Shown piece after piece: positions 11,741 through 24,045 of a stretch of DNA of 64,000 bases. The DNA comes from Octopus sinensis. Its lineage: Eukaryota. The notes under the pieces are model-generated. The model was not told the origin of the DNA, did not search any database, and worked only from the letters and a program-made list of their open reading frames with translations. A program made the translations under genes and the position numbers. The number at the start of each line of letters is the position of its first letter. Position 1 is the first letter of the stretch. The DNA lies in assembly GCF_006345805.1 (NCBI RefSeq), contig NC_043009.1, positions 29,326,001 through 29,390,000 of the forward strand. Direction: 5' to 3'.

Positions 11741-12468
11741 TATATAAATTAATAGATAAATAAAATATATGCATATATACATACATATATGTACGTACCT
11801 ACCTCTACATGTATATATACATGCATATATGGGTACAGGACACCAAAAAAACGTCGAACACAATGAGAAACGAAAACATAAACACAAAACCAAGGAAATG
11901 GACATTTTTTTAAAAACAACGTAAAAATAGAGTACAGGACATACAAAACAAGGAAAATTCCCCTTCTTCCGTCGCCTTAATTTCATCTACTCCACGTTTC
12001 GAAGGTCAAGGCGATACATGTCTTCAATGAAATTTTCCTTCCTGCGAAAATCAAATTAAATAAAATTTGAGATTTTTTTGCGGAGGGGTAAAAATGGTAA
12101 CAAAAACAGGATAGTAACGACAGTACAAAATATAAACAGTAATTTTATTTAATTTGATTTTCGCGGGAAGGAAAATTTCATTGAAGACATGTATCACCTT
12201 GACCTTCGAAACGTGGAGTAGATGAAATTAAGGCGACTGAAGAAGGGGAATTTTCCTTGTTTTGTATGTCCTGTACTCTATTTTTTCGTTGTTTTTAAAA
12301 AAATGTCCATTTCCTTGGTTTTGTGTTTATGTTTTCGTTTCTCATTGTGTTCGACGTTTTTTTAGTGTCCTGTACCCATATATGCATGTATATATACATG
12401 TAGAGGTAGGTACGTACATATATGTATGTATATATGCTTATATTATATTTATTTATTAATTTATTATA
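11741..12468. repeat. Large fold-back palindrome (~327-bp arms, 73-nt spacer), Penelope-like
   Basis: 11741-12067 is the reverse complement of 12141-12468 with few substitutions. The arms include AT microsatellite. The right arm contains ttgaagac...ccttcGAAACgtggaGTAgatgaaatt...CTGAAGAagggg. Confidence 0.92.
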
Positions 12469-12510
12469 TGACAGAACGCATGCATCCCTTTCTAAGTAAG
12501 ATTGTTCTTA

Positions 12511-12541
<31 letters not shown>

Positions 12542-12611
12542 ATATGTGTGTGTGTGTGTATATAGATGTAAGTATGTACATATACATATGTATTTATGCA
12601 TTTATATATTA

Positions 12612-12653
<42 letters not shown>

Positions 12654-12949
12654 CACACATGCATATATACAAACTCAATAGGCTTCACTCAGTTTTCAGC
12701 AATTAAATCCACTCTCAATGCTTTGGTAACCCCAGAGTTATAGTAGAAGAGAATTGTCTATTGTACCATACAATCACATTGAATCCAAAGCCACATGGCC
12801 AGGAGGCAAACATCTTAATCATACTTTAATAGTTTTCCTTTGTTGATTTAAATGGTGCCCAGAATCAGAATGGTTTGGCTGAAGACTCCAGAGATTATAT
12901 GTGATAAATGTAATCAATGGCATTTACTTAATCAATAGACTTCAACTGG

Positions 12950-14425
12950 GTCTCAAAAATAGCAGCTCAATTCTCCCTAACATTGAGTAGAGTCTATACT
13001 GAAGGAATTTAATGGCCTAATTATCTATCAGGATGACATACTCATCTTTGTAGCAACTCAGAATGAATTGAAGATTTGAGAAAATGCAGTTAATGCTAGA
13101 CTGTAAGGAACCAAAGAATCAATTAATCCAAATATATGCATTAATAATATGTCTTTAATAGATTTCCTAGAAATTAAGAATTCAAAGAATGGGTTGAAGC
13201 CACCATAAAGTCAAATATAGAATACAAGATTCTACACAATAATGTTACAGACTGGAAATAAAATTGCAGAAACTTTTGAGGTTGATAAACTAGTTTATGC
13301 AAAATATCCCATAAAATATAGTTCAGTTTCTTCTTGCCGTAAAAAGGAATGTCTTATAGATCACATCACGATAAAGCCTTTTAGAAGACAAATAATATTC
13401 TTAGGAACTGGTTTGGAGTACATTTATTTGATGTGCTACAATTCCTTTTTTTAAAAGATCTTGATGTTCCAAGAGATATCTTTGGTCATAAATGTTTACA
13501 AAATGACCAGCTTTATTAAAACTGTTCCTGTAGCAGCTTGGATAAATTTGAGGGGAAGTCAAGCATTGATCTTTTCTAGCTTTCCAATGACAGTGGTATC
13601 TAACAATCTACCATTCATTTAAAGAACTGTTTAAGCTCACTTGCATCCAAGAAATCAAAAGTGCAAAATCTAATGGTGCAGTAGAAAGATCTGCATGAAA
13701 AGTTTTTCAGACAATCACTTGGGAAGTTTGGTGAGAATTGACTAAAGGTACTTCAGAACCATTATAGTACACCTTGTGCATGGATGTCGTCTCCATGTGA
13801 GAAATTACTTATAAGACAATTAAGAGCAGCAGTAAACTATTTTATAAGATTGAACAAAGAGTTCATTCCAAGAACAATACAATAGGATATCTCACACATG
13901 TTTATTGTATGATTCATGTCGGCAGAGACACAGACTAGAATATATGTGAAGATGAAAAAGCTCAGTTGGTGTTAATTGAACAGATAAATAGCTTTTAAAC
14001 ATCATCCTCTTAACGCATCTGCTAACCATGATCTTAGTTTTGACCTAATACAAGATAGTTTCTATATTCTGTAGCTGTGTCATAAAGGCTATTATATGAC
14101 ACTGATATAAATTTCTAATTAAAGATTATTAATAATTATGAAGTTGAAGTGAATGGATTTAGCATGTCCAACATCGTTAGCTTCTTCTTCTCCCCTAGAG
14201 TTACCACATGATCATGTAGCCTATTGTAATAATGTCGCTAACAAATCACCAATTTTACAAACTATTTCTGCAACTAATATTCCATCTCAAACACTTCACA
14301 TACCACCAGCACTAAAAATTCACGCTAAGCCACATAGCAACTTAATGAGTAATTCAAAATCCCCACACAGGAGCTGTAGAATCTCAAAAGGAATTTGGAA
14401 TCCACAAAGATACAATGACTGAAAC
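12950..14425 (+). mobile_element. Decayed Ty3/Gypsy pol fragment (RT, integrase, C-terminus)
   Basis: LQLGLKNSSSI and LIIYQDDILIF (YQDD at 13026-13037); integrase-like IFSSFPMTVVSNNLPF and KSNGAVERS (~13570-13692); C-terminal HRSCRISKGIWNPQRYND*. Many stops and frameshifts. Confidence 0.75.
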
Positions 14426-14827
14426 CACTTATCTTTTGTTGCTAGAATAATGCTATAGTTTGTAGAATTCTAAATAATTATTTCGTTTTCCATTCTATTA
14501 TTAATAAATACACCTGTACAGTGCACGAGGGAGATGAATAAAATGCTTTTGCTCTTTCATCTAGGGAACTGTGTTCAATGATATTGGTGAAATATGATAC
14601 TAAGTTATAGCATGTGTCTGAAGATTTTGAGTACTAAAGACTAGTCTGCTTTATTTAGTTTTTAACTTTCAGTTTATTTAGTTAAATAAATGACTTACTA
14701 ATTTCACTGGCATTACTCCCTTAATTACTAATCTGGAGTTGTTTAATTATCAAATTCTTCCATAGAAAATTTTGGATTTAGAGAAAAAGATAAGTTAATT
14801 ATTTTGGTCCCAATACTTACGGGCACT

Positions 14828-15055
14828 AAGGTGGTGAGCTAGCAGAATCAATTCCATGCCAGGCAAAGTGGTTAGCAGCATTTCATTTATCTTTAGATTC
14901 CGAGTTCAAATTCTGTCAAGGTTGACTTTGTCCTTTTGTCCTTTTGGGGTTGATAAATTAAATCCCAGCTGAGCACTTGGGGGGGGGGGGTCGATGCAAT
15001 AAACTTACCCCTTCCCCAAATTTGCTGGCCTTGTGCCAAAATTTGAAACCACTAA
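14828..15055 (+). mobile_element. SINE family B copy (tRNA-like head, conserved central domain, (ATT)n tail)
   Basis: gagctagcagaatc...cgagttcaaattctgtcaaggttgactttg...ggggttgataaattaa...ggccttgtgccaaaatttgaaacc. Confidence 0.7.
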
Positions 15056-15579
15056 TTACTGGTACTTCGTTTTAGTGACCGCAGGAGGATAAAAGGCAAA
15101 ATGAATCCCAGTGAGACTATAAAGAACTGGACTGCCTGGCATTTTGTCTGGCGCACTACCGATTCCCTCATTCACAAAATTCTTGTCTCAGAAATACATA
15201 CAAACACAATATTCTCAGCATTTTGCTCTGTCCTGAGTCTGTGAAATTCTTCCAACTCTTTTCTTACAGCCAACTATTCTGTGTAATGTCTCAGAATACT
15301 GTCTTCAATAGCACGTACATATATACATACATATATATATATACATACATGGGGACAGCTGCATAAAGAAGTGATGATTTCTAATTGTCAAGGAAACCTG
15401 TGGAAGAGGTAGAGCCAGGAATCTGTGGGATGAGGTAGGAAAATATGATCATCAGAAGTTGAGTGTTGAGGGAGACAAGTGATCGAGACTTTTGGTGATT
15501 TTATGTGCTTCAGGAGAAACATCAAGCTTAGTGAAACCATAGTTGTGGCCATGTTGTGCTTTACGAAATCACAGTCATG

Positions 15580-15828
15580 GCCAGTGCCAGTCACATGTGG
15601 GATGCAGCCATGCCAGTGATTTGCAATAGACACCTGTGACGGTGACATAAAAGCATCCACGCTGGTGATAGGTAAGACACGCAGAACACTTTGTGGAGTG
15701 GTTGGTCTTAGGAAGGGCATCCAGCCATAGAAACAGAGCGAAATCAGACGGGAGCCTGGTGCAGCCATCTGGCATAGCAGTTACAGTCAAGTTGTCTAAC
15801 ACAGCATGGAAAATGGATACTATACTAA

Positions 15829-15859
<31 letters not shown>

Positions 15860-15862
15860 CAA
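15580..15862 (+). mobile_element. Diverged family C-related SINE 3' part with (GAT)n tail
   Basis: ggtcttaggaagggcatccagccatagaaac...cagcatggaaaatggatac(gat)n. Confidence 0.65.
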
Positions 15863-15902
15863 CGACATACATGTTGAAGCATCTGTACAATGTGAGGTCA
15901 AT

Positions 15903-16135
15903 GTGAAGAAGAGGAAGAAGAGGAAGAAGAGGAAGAAGAAGAAGTAAAAGAAGAACAAGAAGAAAAAAAGAAAGAAGAGGAGAAGAAAAGAAGAAGAGGG
16001 GAGGAAGAAGAAGAAGGAGAAGGAGAAGAAGAAGAAGAAGAAGAAAAGAAGAAGAAGAAGAAGAAGAAGAAGAAGAAGAAGAAGAAGAAGAAGAAGAAGA
16101 AGAAGAACAACAACAACAACAACAACAACAACAAA
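15903..16135. repeat. (GAA)n/(CAA)n microsatellite
   Basis: Direct inspection. Confidence 0.95.
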
Positions 16136-17466
16136 AGAAGGGGAATGGGTTCCAATCAATGCGACAAAGTGTAATAAAGCGAACGTGAATAGTGAAGGAG
16201 ATAATTTTTGTAAATCATTTGTTGTAAGAAAATCAAAACATATCTTGGCCTCTAAGACATTTACTATGTCTTCTGATTTCCTTTGTTTGTACAAGTCAGC
16301 AATTTACATTATCATCGCATCCACTTCAAAAGAAAATAAACATCAAAACGCATTAGCAAGTTTCAGTTGCGTGGTGACTTCGATATCTAAAAGTCTTACA
16401 TGTATAAATATAGATAATTACATATATATATATGTATATATATGTATATATATGCATGTGTGTGTGTGTGTGTTATATATAAATATATATATATATGTGT
16501 GTATGTGTTGTCTATGTAAATATATATATATATATATATGCACATGCATATATATAATGTATGTATATATACATGTGTGTGTATATATACATACGTATAT
16601 ATATATATATATGTATATGCACATGCATGTATGTAATATATGTATATATACATGTGTGTGTATATATACATATGTATATATATTACAGAGATAGAGTGAT
16701 AGAGACAGATGTATGTATATTAAGTATACAGGGAAGCATGTATACACACAGGTTTAATAAAGTAAAACAAGTTAATATCTTAGACAATTATAGCTAATAG
16801 CAAAAATAATCAATAAAGCAACATCCACACACACACACACACATGCACACACACTCACACACACACACACACACACATGCACATCGAGACAAAAAAAATA
16901 CACATGTAAAAATTCATGAAGCAATGTTGTTTGTCAAATATAATAATCATAGGAGAGTCTTACAATGATGTTTTTGGGATGTGTGCATGTATGTGGGTGT
17001 GTGTGTGAGGGAGGGGAGAGTATGTGTGTATATGTGTGTGTGTGCATGTGTGTACGTATGTGTGTGTGTGTGTGTGTGTCTTATAGAATGTGTATGTCCA
17101 AATGAATATAGCTTGTACACCAAAACATCTCTCTCTTAAATATATTCTTTTATTTGTTTCAGACATTTGGCTGTAGCCATGATAGAGCATTACTCTTAGT
17201 TGAGCAAATCAACCCCAGGACTTATTCCGTTGGTCTTTTTTTGCTGAACTGCTAAGTTGCGGTGGTATAAATATGCCAACATCAGTTGTCAAGCAATGTT
17301 GGGAGACAAACACAGACACACAAACATATACATATGTATATACATATATACATATATGTATATATGTATATACATATATGTATATACATATATATGTATA
17401 TACATATATACATATACATACATTTTTTCTTCTGTCATCCCTTCTCTGGATCTTTCGTTTTCCTAT

Positions 17467-17501
17467 GTATCTGACAAAGAGCTCCGCTCGAAACGTAAAA
17501 C
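17467..17501 (+). ncRNA. Degenerate minimal hammerhead motif (G8A)
   Basis: gtat CTGACAA a gagc-tcc-gctc GAAAC GTA aaac; related to 58189-58222. Confidence 0.45.
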
Positions 17502-17634
17502 CCTCCCCTTTCCCTTCCTTCCTGAGCGTCCAATAATACTATATTTGTTCCACGTCCTCGTGCTGTTGTGTTTTCTCTTGGTGTTTTCTTGTTTGGATTA
17601 ACTTTAATTACACATATATATATATATATATATA

Positions 17635-18598
17635 TCATCATCATCATCATCATCATCATTTAACGTCCGCTTTCCATGCTAGCATGGGTTGGACGGTTCA
17701 ACTGGGGTCTGGGGAGCTCGAAAGCTGCACCAGTCCAGTCAGATCTGGCAGTGTTTCTACAGCTGGATGCCCTTCCTAACGCCAACCACTCCGAGAGTGT
17801 AGTGGGTGATTTTATGTGCCACCGACACAGGTGCCAGACGAGGCTGGCAAACGGCCACGCTCGGATGGTGTTTTTATGTGCCACCGACACAGGTGCCAGA
17901 CGAGGCTGGCAGACGGCCACGCTCGGATGGTGTTTTTATGTGCCACCGACACAGGTGCCAGACGAGGCTGGCAGACGGCCATGCTCGGATGGTGTTTTTA
18001 TGTGCCACCGACACAGGTGCCAGACGAGGCTGGCAGACGGCCACGCTCGGATGGTGTTTTTATGTGCCACCGACACAGGTGCCAGATGAGGCTGGCAAAC
18101 GGCCACGATCGGATGGTGCTTGTTACGTGCCCACAGCACGGAGGCCAGTCGATGCGGTACTGGCTACGGCCACGTTCGGATGGTTTTCTTATGTGCCACG
18201 TGCCACCGGCACTGGTACCACAAAGATACAAATTCCATTGATGTTCATCTATTTTGATTTGTTTTGATTTTCACTTGCCTCAACAGGTCTTCACAAGTGT
18301 CACAAGAAGGAAGGTATGCACAGGTGGACTGACTACGTCCCCGGTAGGGGCCATGGGTTATGGTCTGACTAGTCTTGCCGGGTCTTCGGATGGTGTTTTT
18401 ATGTGCCACCGACACAGGTGCTAGATGAGGCTGGCGAACGGCCACGATCGGATGGTGTTTGTCATGTGCCCACCGCACTGACTACAGCACTGATGGATTT
18501 CTTGTGTGCCACAGGCACTTGTACCACAAGATACAAATTCCATTGATGTTCATCTATTTTGTCTATTTTGATTTGATTTGATTTGATTTGATTTGATT
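17635..18598 (-). mobile_element. Family C element with 5 x 62-bp units
   Basis: Reverse complement of 2086-3219; units start near 17811, 17873, 17935, 17997 and 18059; (CAT)n tail at 17635. Confidence 0.85.
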
Positions 18599-19497
18599 TA
18601 TATATATATATATATATGCTTAAGAGATATTTGAACCAATAAATGCTTTTCACAACACTTTGTCATGAACAAAAATTTCTTGCCTATGACTTAAGACAAT
18701 AAAGTGTTAAGATACCATAGTTCAGACCAGTTCCTATCTGACTGAAGGATGTATTTAAAACTTGTTTCTTCTCTTTAGCACCAGATCTCAGACCAAATCT
18801 TCCCCAAATCATGTTAACTCAAAACTTTATTGAATCTTTTCTCCTATTTTAGCTCAAATCTAAAGGTTTTTATTGTTATAAATTTTGACACTGTCTTAAC
18901 CCATTAAGTCTCAGAGTTCTTAAATTTCTGAATATTACTTTAAAATTTTTTACAAATGATTGAAAATAGGTTAAAATGAAAAAAAATATTTATTAAAACT
19001 CCTTTACTTCAAGTAGAACTGAAAATACTTGGTGTCCTATAAATAGAACAGTGAGACAATGTGATATAGCTTTTTTAATGTTCTCATTTAGTGTCATATT
19101 TAGAGGACAGTGGGACTTAATGGGTTAATAAACTATTTTTCCTTATTTCCAATCTTGTTTTACCACCTTTATATCTTGATATTTACATATACAACATTTC
19201 AAACATAATTCCAATAGAAGTTGATAAAATTTTAAACATTCATGAATTTAAATTTGACTTGTGAAAATCTTTAGTCGTTTCATTATACAAAAAACTTTTA
19301 CTTCTTCAAGAATGAACCTAATATCAGACCACCACTTCAGATTCCATGGATTTCATCTGGAATGAAAGGATTTGATCATCAATCAAATTATAGCTCGGGA
19401 GTACCATATCCCAAACCAACATTAAAAATACTTCACTGCGAAAATATATGTCAAAGTTAAAAAGACAGTTCTATATTTAAGATAAGAAATTATGTAC

Positions 19498-19796
19498 ATT
19501 ATTTACATTTGATGGATATTTGTCCTCATCTTGTTTGTTGTTAACATGTTTTGGCTGATATATCCTCCAGCCTTCATCAGGTGTCTTGGGGAAATTTCAA
19601 ACATGGGTTCTCATTCCTAAAGTATTTTTCGATGTTATTATTATTAGTATTATTATTATTCAGGTCACTGCCTGGAATTGAACTCAGAATCTTGGGATTA
19701 GTAGCCCATGATTTTAACCACTATGCCACAGGCATATGATGTAGTGGTTAAGAGCATGGGCTACTAACCCCAAGATTCCAGGCAGTGACCTGAATG

Positions 19797-19833
<37 letters not shown>

Positions 19834-19995
19834 CAACAACAACAACAACAACAACAATAATAATAATAATAATAATAACATTGAAAAATACCTTAGGAAT
19901 GAGAACCCAGGTTCAAAATTTTCCCAAGACACCTGATGAAGGCTGGAGGGTATATCAGCCGAAACGTGTTAACAACAAACAAGATGACAAATATC
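19498..19995. mobile_element. Head-to-head inverted pair of a tRNA-headed element with (TAA)n middle and hammerhead-like 3' part
   Basis: 19498-19728 is complementary to 19738-19995 (about 10% divergent). Head gcatagtggttaa...gggctactaatccc...tgagttcaattcc has A- and B-box-like motifs; the B-box is deleted in the right copy. Confidence 0.8.
19928..19970 (+). ncRNA. Hammerhead core lacking the cleavage triplet; mirror copy 19543-19585 on minus (G12A)
   Basis: gacac CTGATGA a ggctg-gagggtatat-cagcc GAAAC gtgtt. Stem I gacac/gtgtt can pair, but there is no NUH between stems III and I. Confidence 0.5.
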
Positions 19996-20337
19996 CATCA
20001 AATGTAAATAATCTAACTAAAGTAGAGTTAAAAATGTTCCCCAAAATGTTAATTAATCTCAGAATATGTCATTGAATTTCTGAATTGGTTGAATGTAATT
20101 CTCCAACCAATATCTAGCTTGTAAATTCTCTCCGTAATTTCACTTCTATTTTTAAACTTCGTAGTTTCTTGGCAGTATGGTAAGAAATTTGCTTCACAGC
20201 CACAATGGTCTGTGTTCAAGTTGCATGGCATGGCACCTTAAGTAAGTGTCTTCTATTATAGCTCCAAGCTGACCAAAATCTTGTGAGTGGATCTGATGGA
20301 TGGAAACTGAAGGAAGCATGTTGTGTATATATATATA

Positions 20338-20424
<87 letters not shown>

Positions 20425-20427
20425 TAA

Positions 20428-20670
20428 TAAATGTACGTATCTTAACTTATAATAATTATCAAATAGATACAGAAAAATATGTTTTTACAATAAATAATTG
20501 AAAAACATTTAACAACATTACTTAGAATAAAACCATAATTTATCGATAAGAAAAGTTATGGTTTTATTTTAAGTAATATTGTTAAATGTATTTCGATTAT
20601 TTATTGTTAAAATACATATTTTTCTATACCTATTTGATAATTATAATAAGTTAAGATACGTACATTTATT
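20428..20670. repeat. AT-rich fold-back palindrome (~115-bp arms) centred on tatcgata
   Basis: aaatgtacgtatcttaacttataataattatcaaatag/ctatttgataattataataagttaagatacgtacattt. Confidence 0.9.
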
Positions 20671-20684
20671 TTATTATTATTTTA

Positions 20685-20802
20685 GACCTGACGAGTGACT
20701 ATATTTTTGAATGGAATTAATTTTAGATTGATTTAATTTTAAATCGAATTGATTTTATTATTATTATCTATTTGAAAATATAGCCACGAAATGCACATAG
20801 TC
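20685..20802 (+). ncRNA. Type I hammerhead ribozyme motif, canonical core, long loop II
   Basis: Stem I gac/gtc; CTGACGA 20688-94; stem II gtgactatatttt/aaaatatagccac (13 bp, 1 mismatch) with ~67-nt AT-rich loop; GAAA 20788-91; stem III ATG-CA-CAT; AUA cleavage after 20799. Confidence 0.7.
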
Positions 20803-21665
20803 CATTTACTACTATTTACTATTTATTTTTTACATACTTTACTGATTTTTAGAATAAGGTTTTTATAGTATATTTATTTTTTCTATATGGTGTGAATAAT
20901 GTCTTTCACTATTGAATTGCTTAATAGAGGTTTTTCTCTAAATAACATACATGTTATATATATATATTTATAATATATAATAATATATATATAACAACAA
21001 CAACAACAATACTAAAGGTGATCAAGACGAAGATAGCAGGAAAATTATCTTATTTAGGGTTAAAAGTTCTATTGCCACCACCATCACCACTAGCAACAAT
21101 AATTAAGGTGCTGACAATGATGATGATGACAATTGGTTGAATATAAAAATATAAAAATCTCTGACAAAGGATATTTACAACATCTAAAAATAACCCAACA
21201 ATTGCTGCTTCGGCCAGGGTCAAGATACAGGACTCTTGACCTGTCCAACAAAGCGTGATGCCTAAACCAATCAGCTCAACCAACCACCATCAGCTTAAGT
21301 AATTGAGTGATACTACACACTGATTGGTCAGAATACAGTTTGCAAAACCTAGCACTCTGGAGCCTACCCAGCTGTATTTATAGCACAGAATCAATCATCT
21401 TGCTACAGTCAAAAATTGTGAAGCATGACTGTAAACACTACTACATGAACCCGAAGATTGCAGAATTCAATGCATGAAAGTACTAGTTCAATCAGAATGA
21501 ATATTTAACATTCTACTATTTCATTTTATTTATTCAATTATAATATATTATCTTTAATATATCATCATAAGATTGTAAAAAAACGTGAAAATCAGACAAG
21601 GTTGGATTCTTTTTATTAATATATTCTTCTATAACACATCACACACACCCCATATATATATATTC

Positions 21666-21704
<39 letters not shown>

Positions 21705-22384
21705 GTATATATGGGTGTGTGTGTGTGTCTTTGTGACTGTTTATCCACTGCTCACCACTTGACAACTGGTGTTGGTGTGTTTACATCCCCATAGCTTAGT
21801 GTTTTGGCTAAAGAGACTAACTGAATAAATACCAGACTTCAAAAAGGAAGCCCCAGGCTCAGTTTGTTCAACTAAAATTCTTCAGTGTTATGCTCCAGCA
21901 TGGCTGCAGTCTTAAAACTGAAACCAAAAAAATATAAACAAAATGATAAAAGATAAAAACAAAAGCTATTACAGGGTGGTCATTTGGATTTGTGTCACAG
22001 TCCAGTGGACCAAAGTAGCATAAAACATTCCCGGGGTTAATATAATCCTAGATATGCACCATTTTTTGGAAGTAGATCTCACCCTGGGGCTGTGTCTATA
22101 AACTAAACAGCTAATGGGATACAAACACAAAATTTGTATTTATTGGTATAGATGTGAATGGTGTTTGCATCTCCTTGTCCGGATATCACATGTTTACTGT
22201 AAACAAACATCCCTGCCATAAAAGCAACGTCTAACATTTGCAATCTTCCGTAGAAACATGTCTGGCCATTGTGTTGTCCATGTTTGATAGACCAAGGGAA
22301 ATAAATGCCACCTTCGCTAGAAATCAGGGTTGACGACAAGAATGAACCATGTCTGACTCATGCAAGCATATAAAAGTGGACGCT

Positions 22385-22504
22385 AAAATGATGATGAAGA
22401 TGATGATGATGAGGAGGAGGAGGAAGAGGAGGCGAGGGAGTATTATGATGACAATTACAATGGTGGTAATGATTATGACAATGGGGATGATGAAGATGAT
22501 TATA

Positions 22505-22535
<31 letters not shown>

Positions 22536-22975
22536 CAATGATGACAACGATGATGACGATGATGACGACGATGGTGGTAATCATAATGATTGCTATTATG
22601 ATAATGTATATGATGATGATAATTGTGATGGTGATCATGTTTATTATTGTGATAATGGTTATAACGGACATTGCTGATCAGTATCATCTTAACCATCTTC
22701 ATTTGTCGTTGTCATTGCCTTCATCATCATTATCATCATCATCACTATCATCATAATTATCACCCCCCCTCATCCTCATCATTTCCTTCGTCATTACCAT
22801 TGTTATCACTGCCATCACTGTCGTTATCATCACCATCATTATCATTGCTGGCATTGTCATCACTCACCACCTTCATCACCACCATCATCATCATCATCAT
22901 CATCACCTTCCTCGTCGTCGTCGTCAACGTCATCATCATCATCATCATCACCACCACCATCATCATCATCTTTTA
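22385..22975. repeat. (GAT)n/(CAT)n cryptic trinucleotide tracts
   Basis: Direct inspection; source of the poly-M/poly-H/poly-I false ORFs. Confidence 0.9.
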
Positions 22976-23689
22976 CCAACACGAGAACCATTATCAAGAT
23001 CAACTAATCATTACGAAGATAATCATACACATTTTTTTGATTCATAATTTTATTAAGAAATTGAATTTCTTGCAGAATTTCTCAAACAAAACAAAACAAA
23101 ACAAAACAAAGAAAAAATAAAAAAATAAAAAAAAAGTAAAAAGAAAAAAAAAACAAAGCAAGAAAATGAATATTACTTTCAACTACTGATTATAATTCCT
23201 GAAATTGTTGCAACAATTATATCTTAACTCTGTTGTCTTCTGATTACTGCCTCATGTTCTGTTGAACCAAAATAAAAATAAAAATAAAGAAACAACATAA
23301 AGAAAAAAAAAACGTTAATATTCTGCGAAGCTTAACTATTAGAATCTCTGAAATTGTGATCAGATCTAGTTATCGAGTGCATTATTAAAAAAACAAATTG
23401 GATGTAATCAATTTTGGTTTTTTTAAATTGTCAGGAATTTTGCAAAAGTTTCCTCTTTGCTTAGTAATAATTAGTTTGCTTACCAAAGTTGTTTTAACTA
23501 ATTATTTATAATGTCTACCTTCAATAAGTGTGTTGTCTGGAATGAAACAGGGTATATAATATCTGGAGTGGAATGTGATCCTTTTATCTATACAGGGTAC
23601 CTAAAAAAGGCTGGTACTCTATTGGTTATAATGACAAGGCTCCCAGTTTTTCTAATCAACAGAACTGCATTTTTCGTTTTATTCTTTTA

Positions 23690-24045
23690 TTTGTTTCAGT
23701 CATTTGATGGAGGTCATGCTGGAGCACCACCTTTAGTCGAACAAATTGACCCCAGGACTTATTCCTTGTAATCCTATTAGTCTCTTTTACTGAATCTCTA
23801 AGTTACGGGGATGTAAACACACCAGCATTGGTTGTCAAGTGATGGTGGGGGATACAAATACACAAACACACACACATATATATATACAACAGACTTCTTT
23901 CAGTTTCCATCTACCAAATCCACTCAAAAGGCTTTGGTCAGCCCAAGGCTATAGTAGAAGGCATTTACCCAAGTTGCCATGCAGTGGGACTGAACCCAGA
24001 ACCATGTGGTTGGTAAGCAAGCTACCTATCACATAGCAACTCCTG
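23690..24045 (-). mobile_element. SINE family A copy
   Basis: Matches 4792-5213 along its length. Confidence 0.8.

Noticed and set aside
12858-12885. QNGLAE integrase-like motif upstream of the Gypsy RT
   Set aside because: Only 6 residues, in the wrong domain order, and a better integrase motif lies downstream; probably chance.
19690-19790. Genuine tRNA gene
   Set aside because: No acceptor stem or full cloverleaf, and the B-box is deleted in one copy; interpreted as a SINE head.
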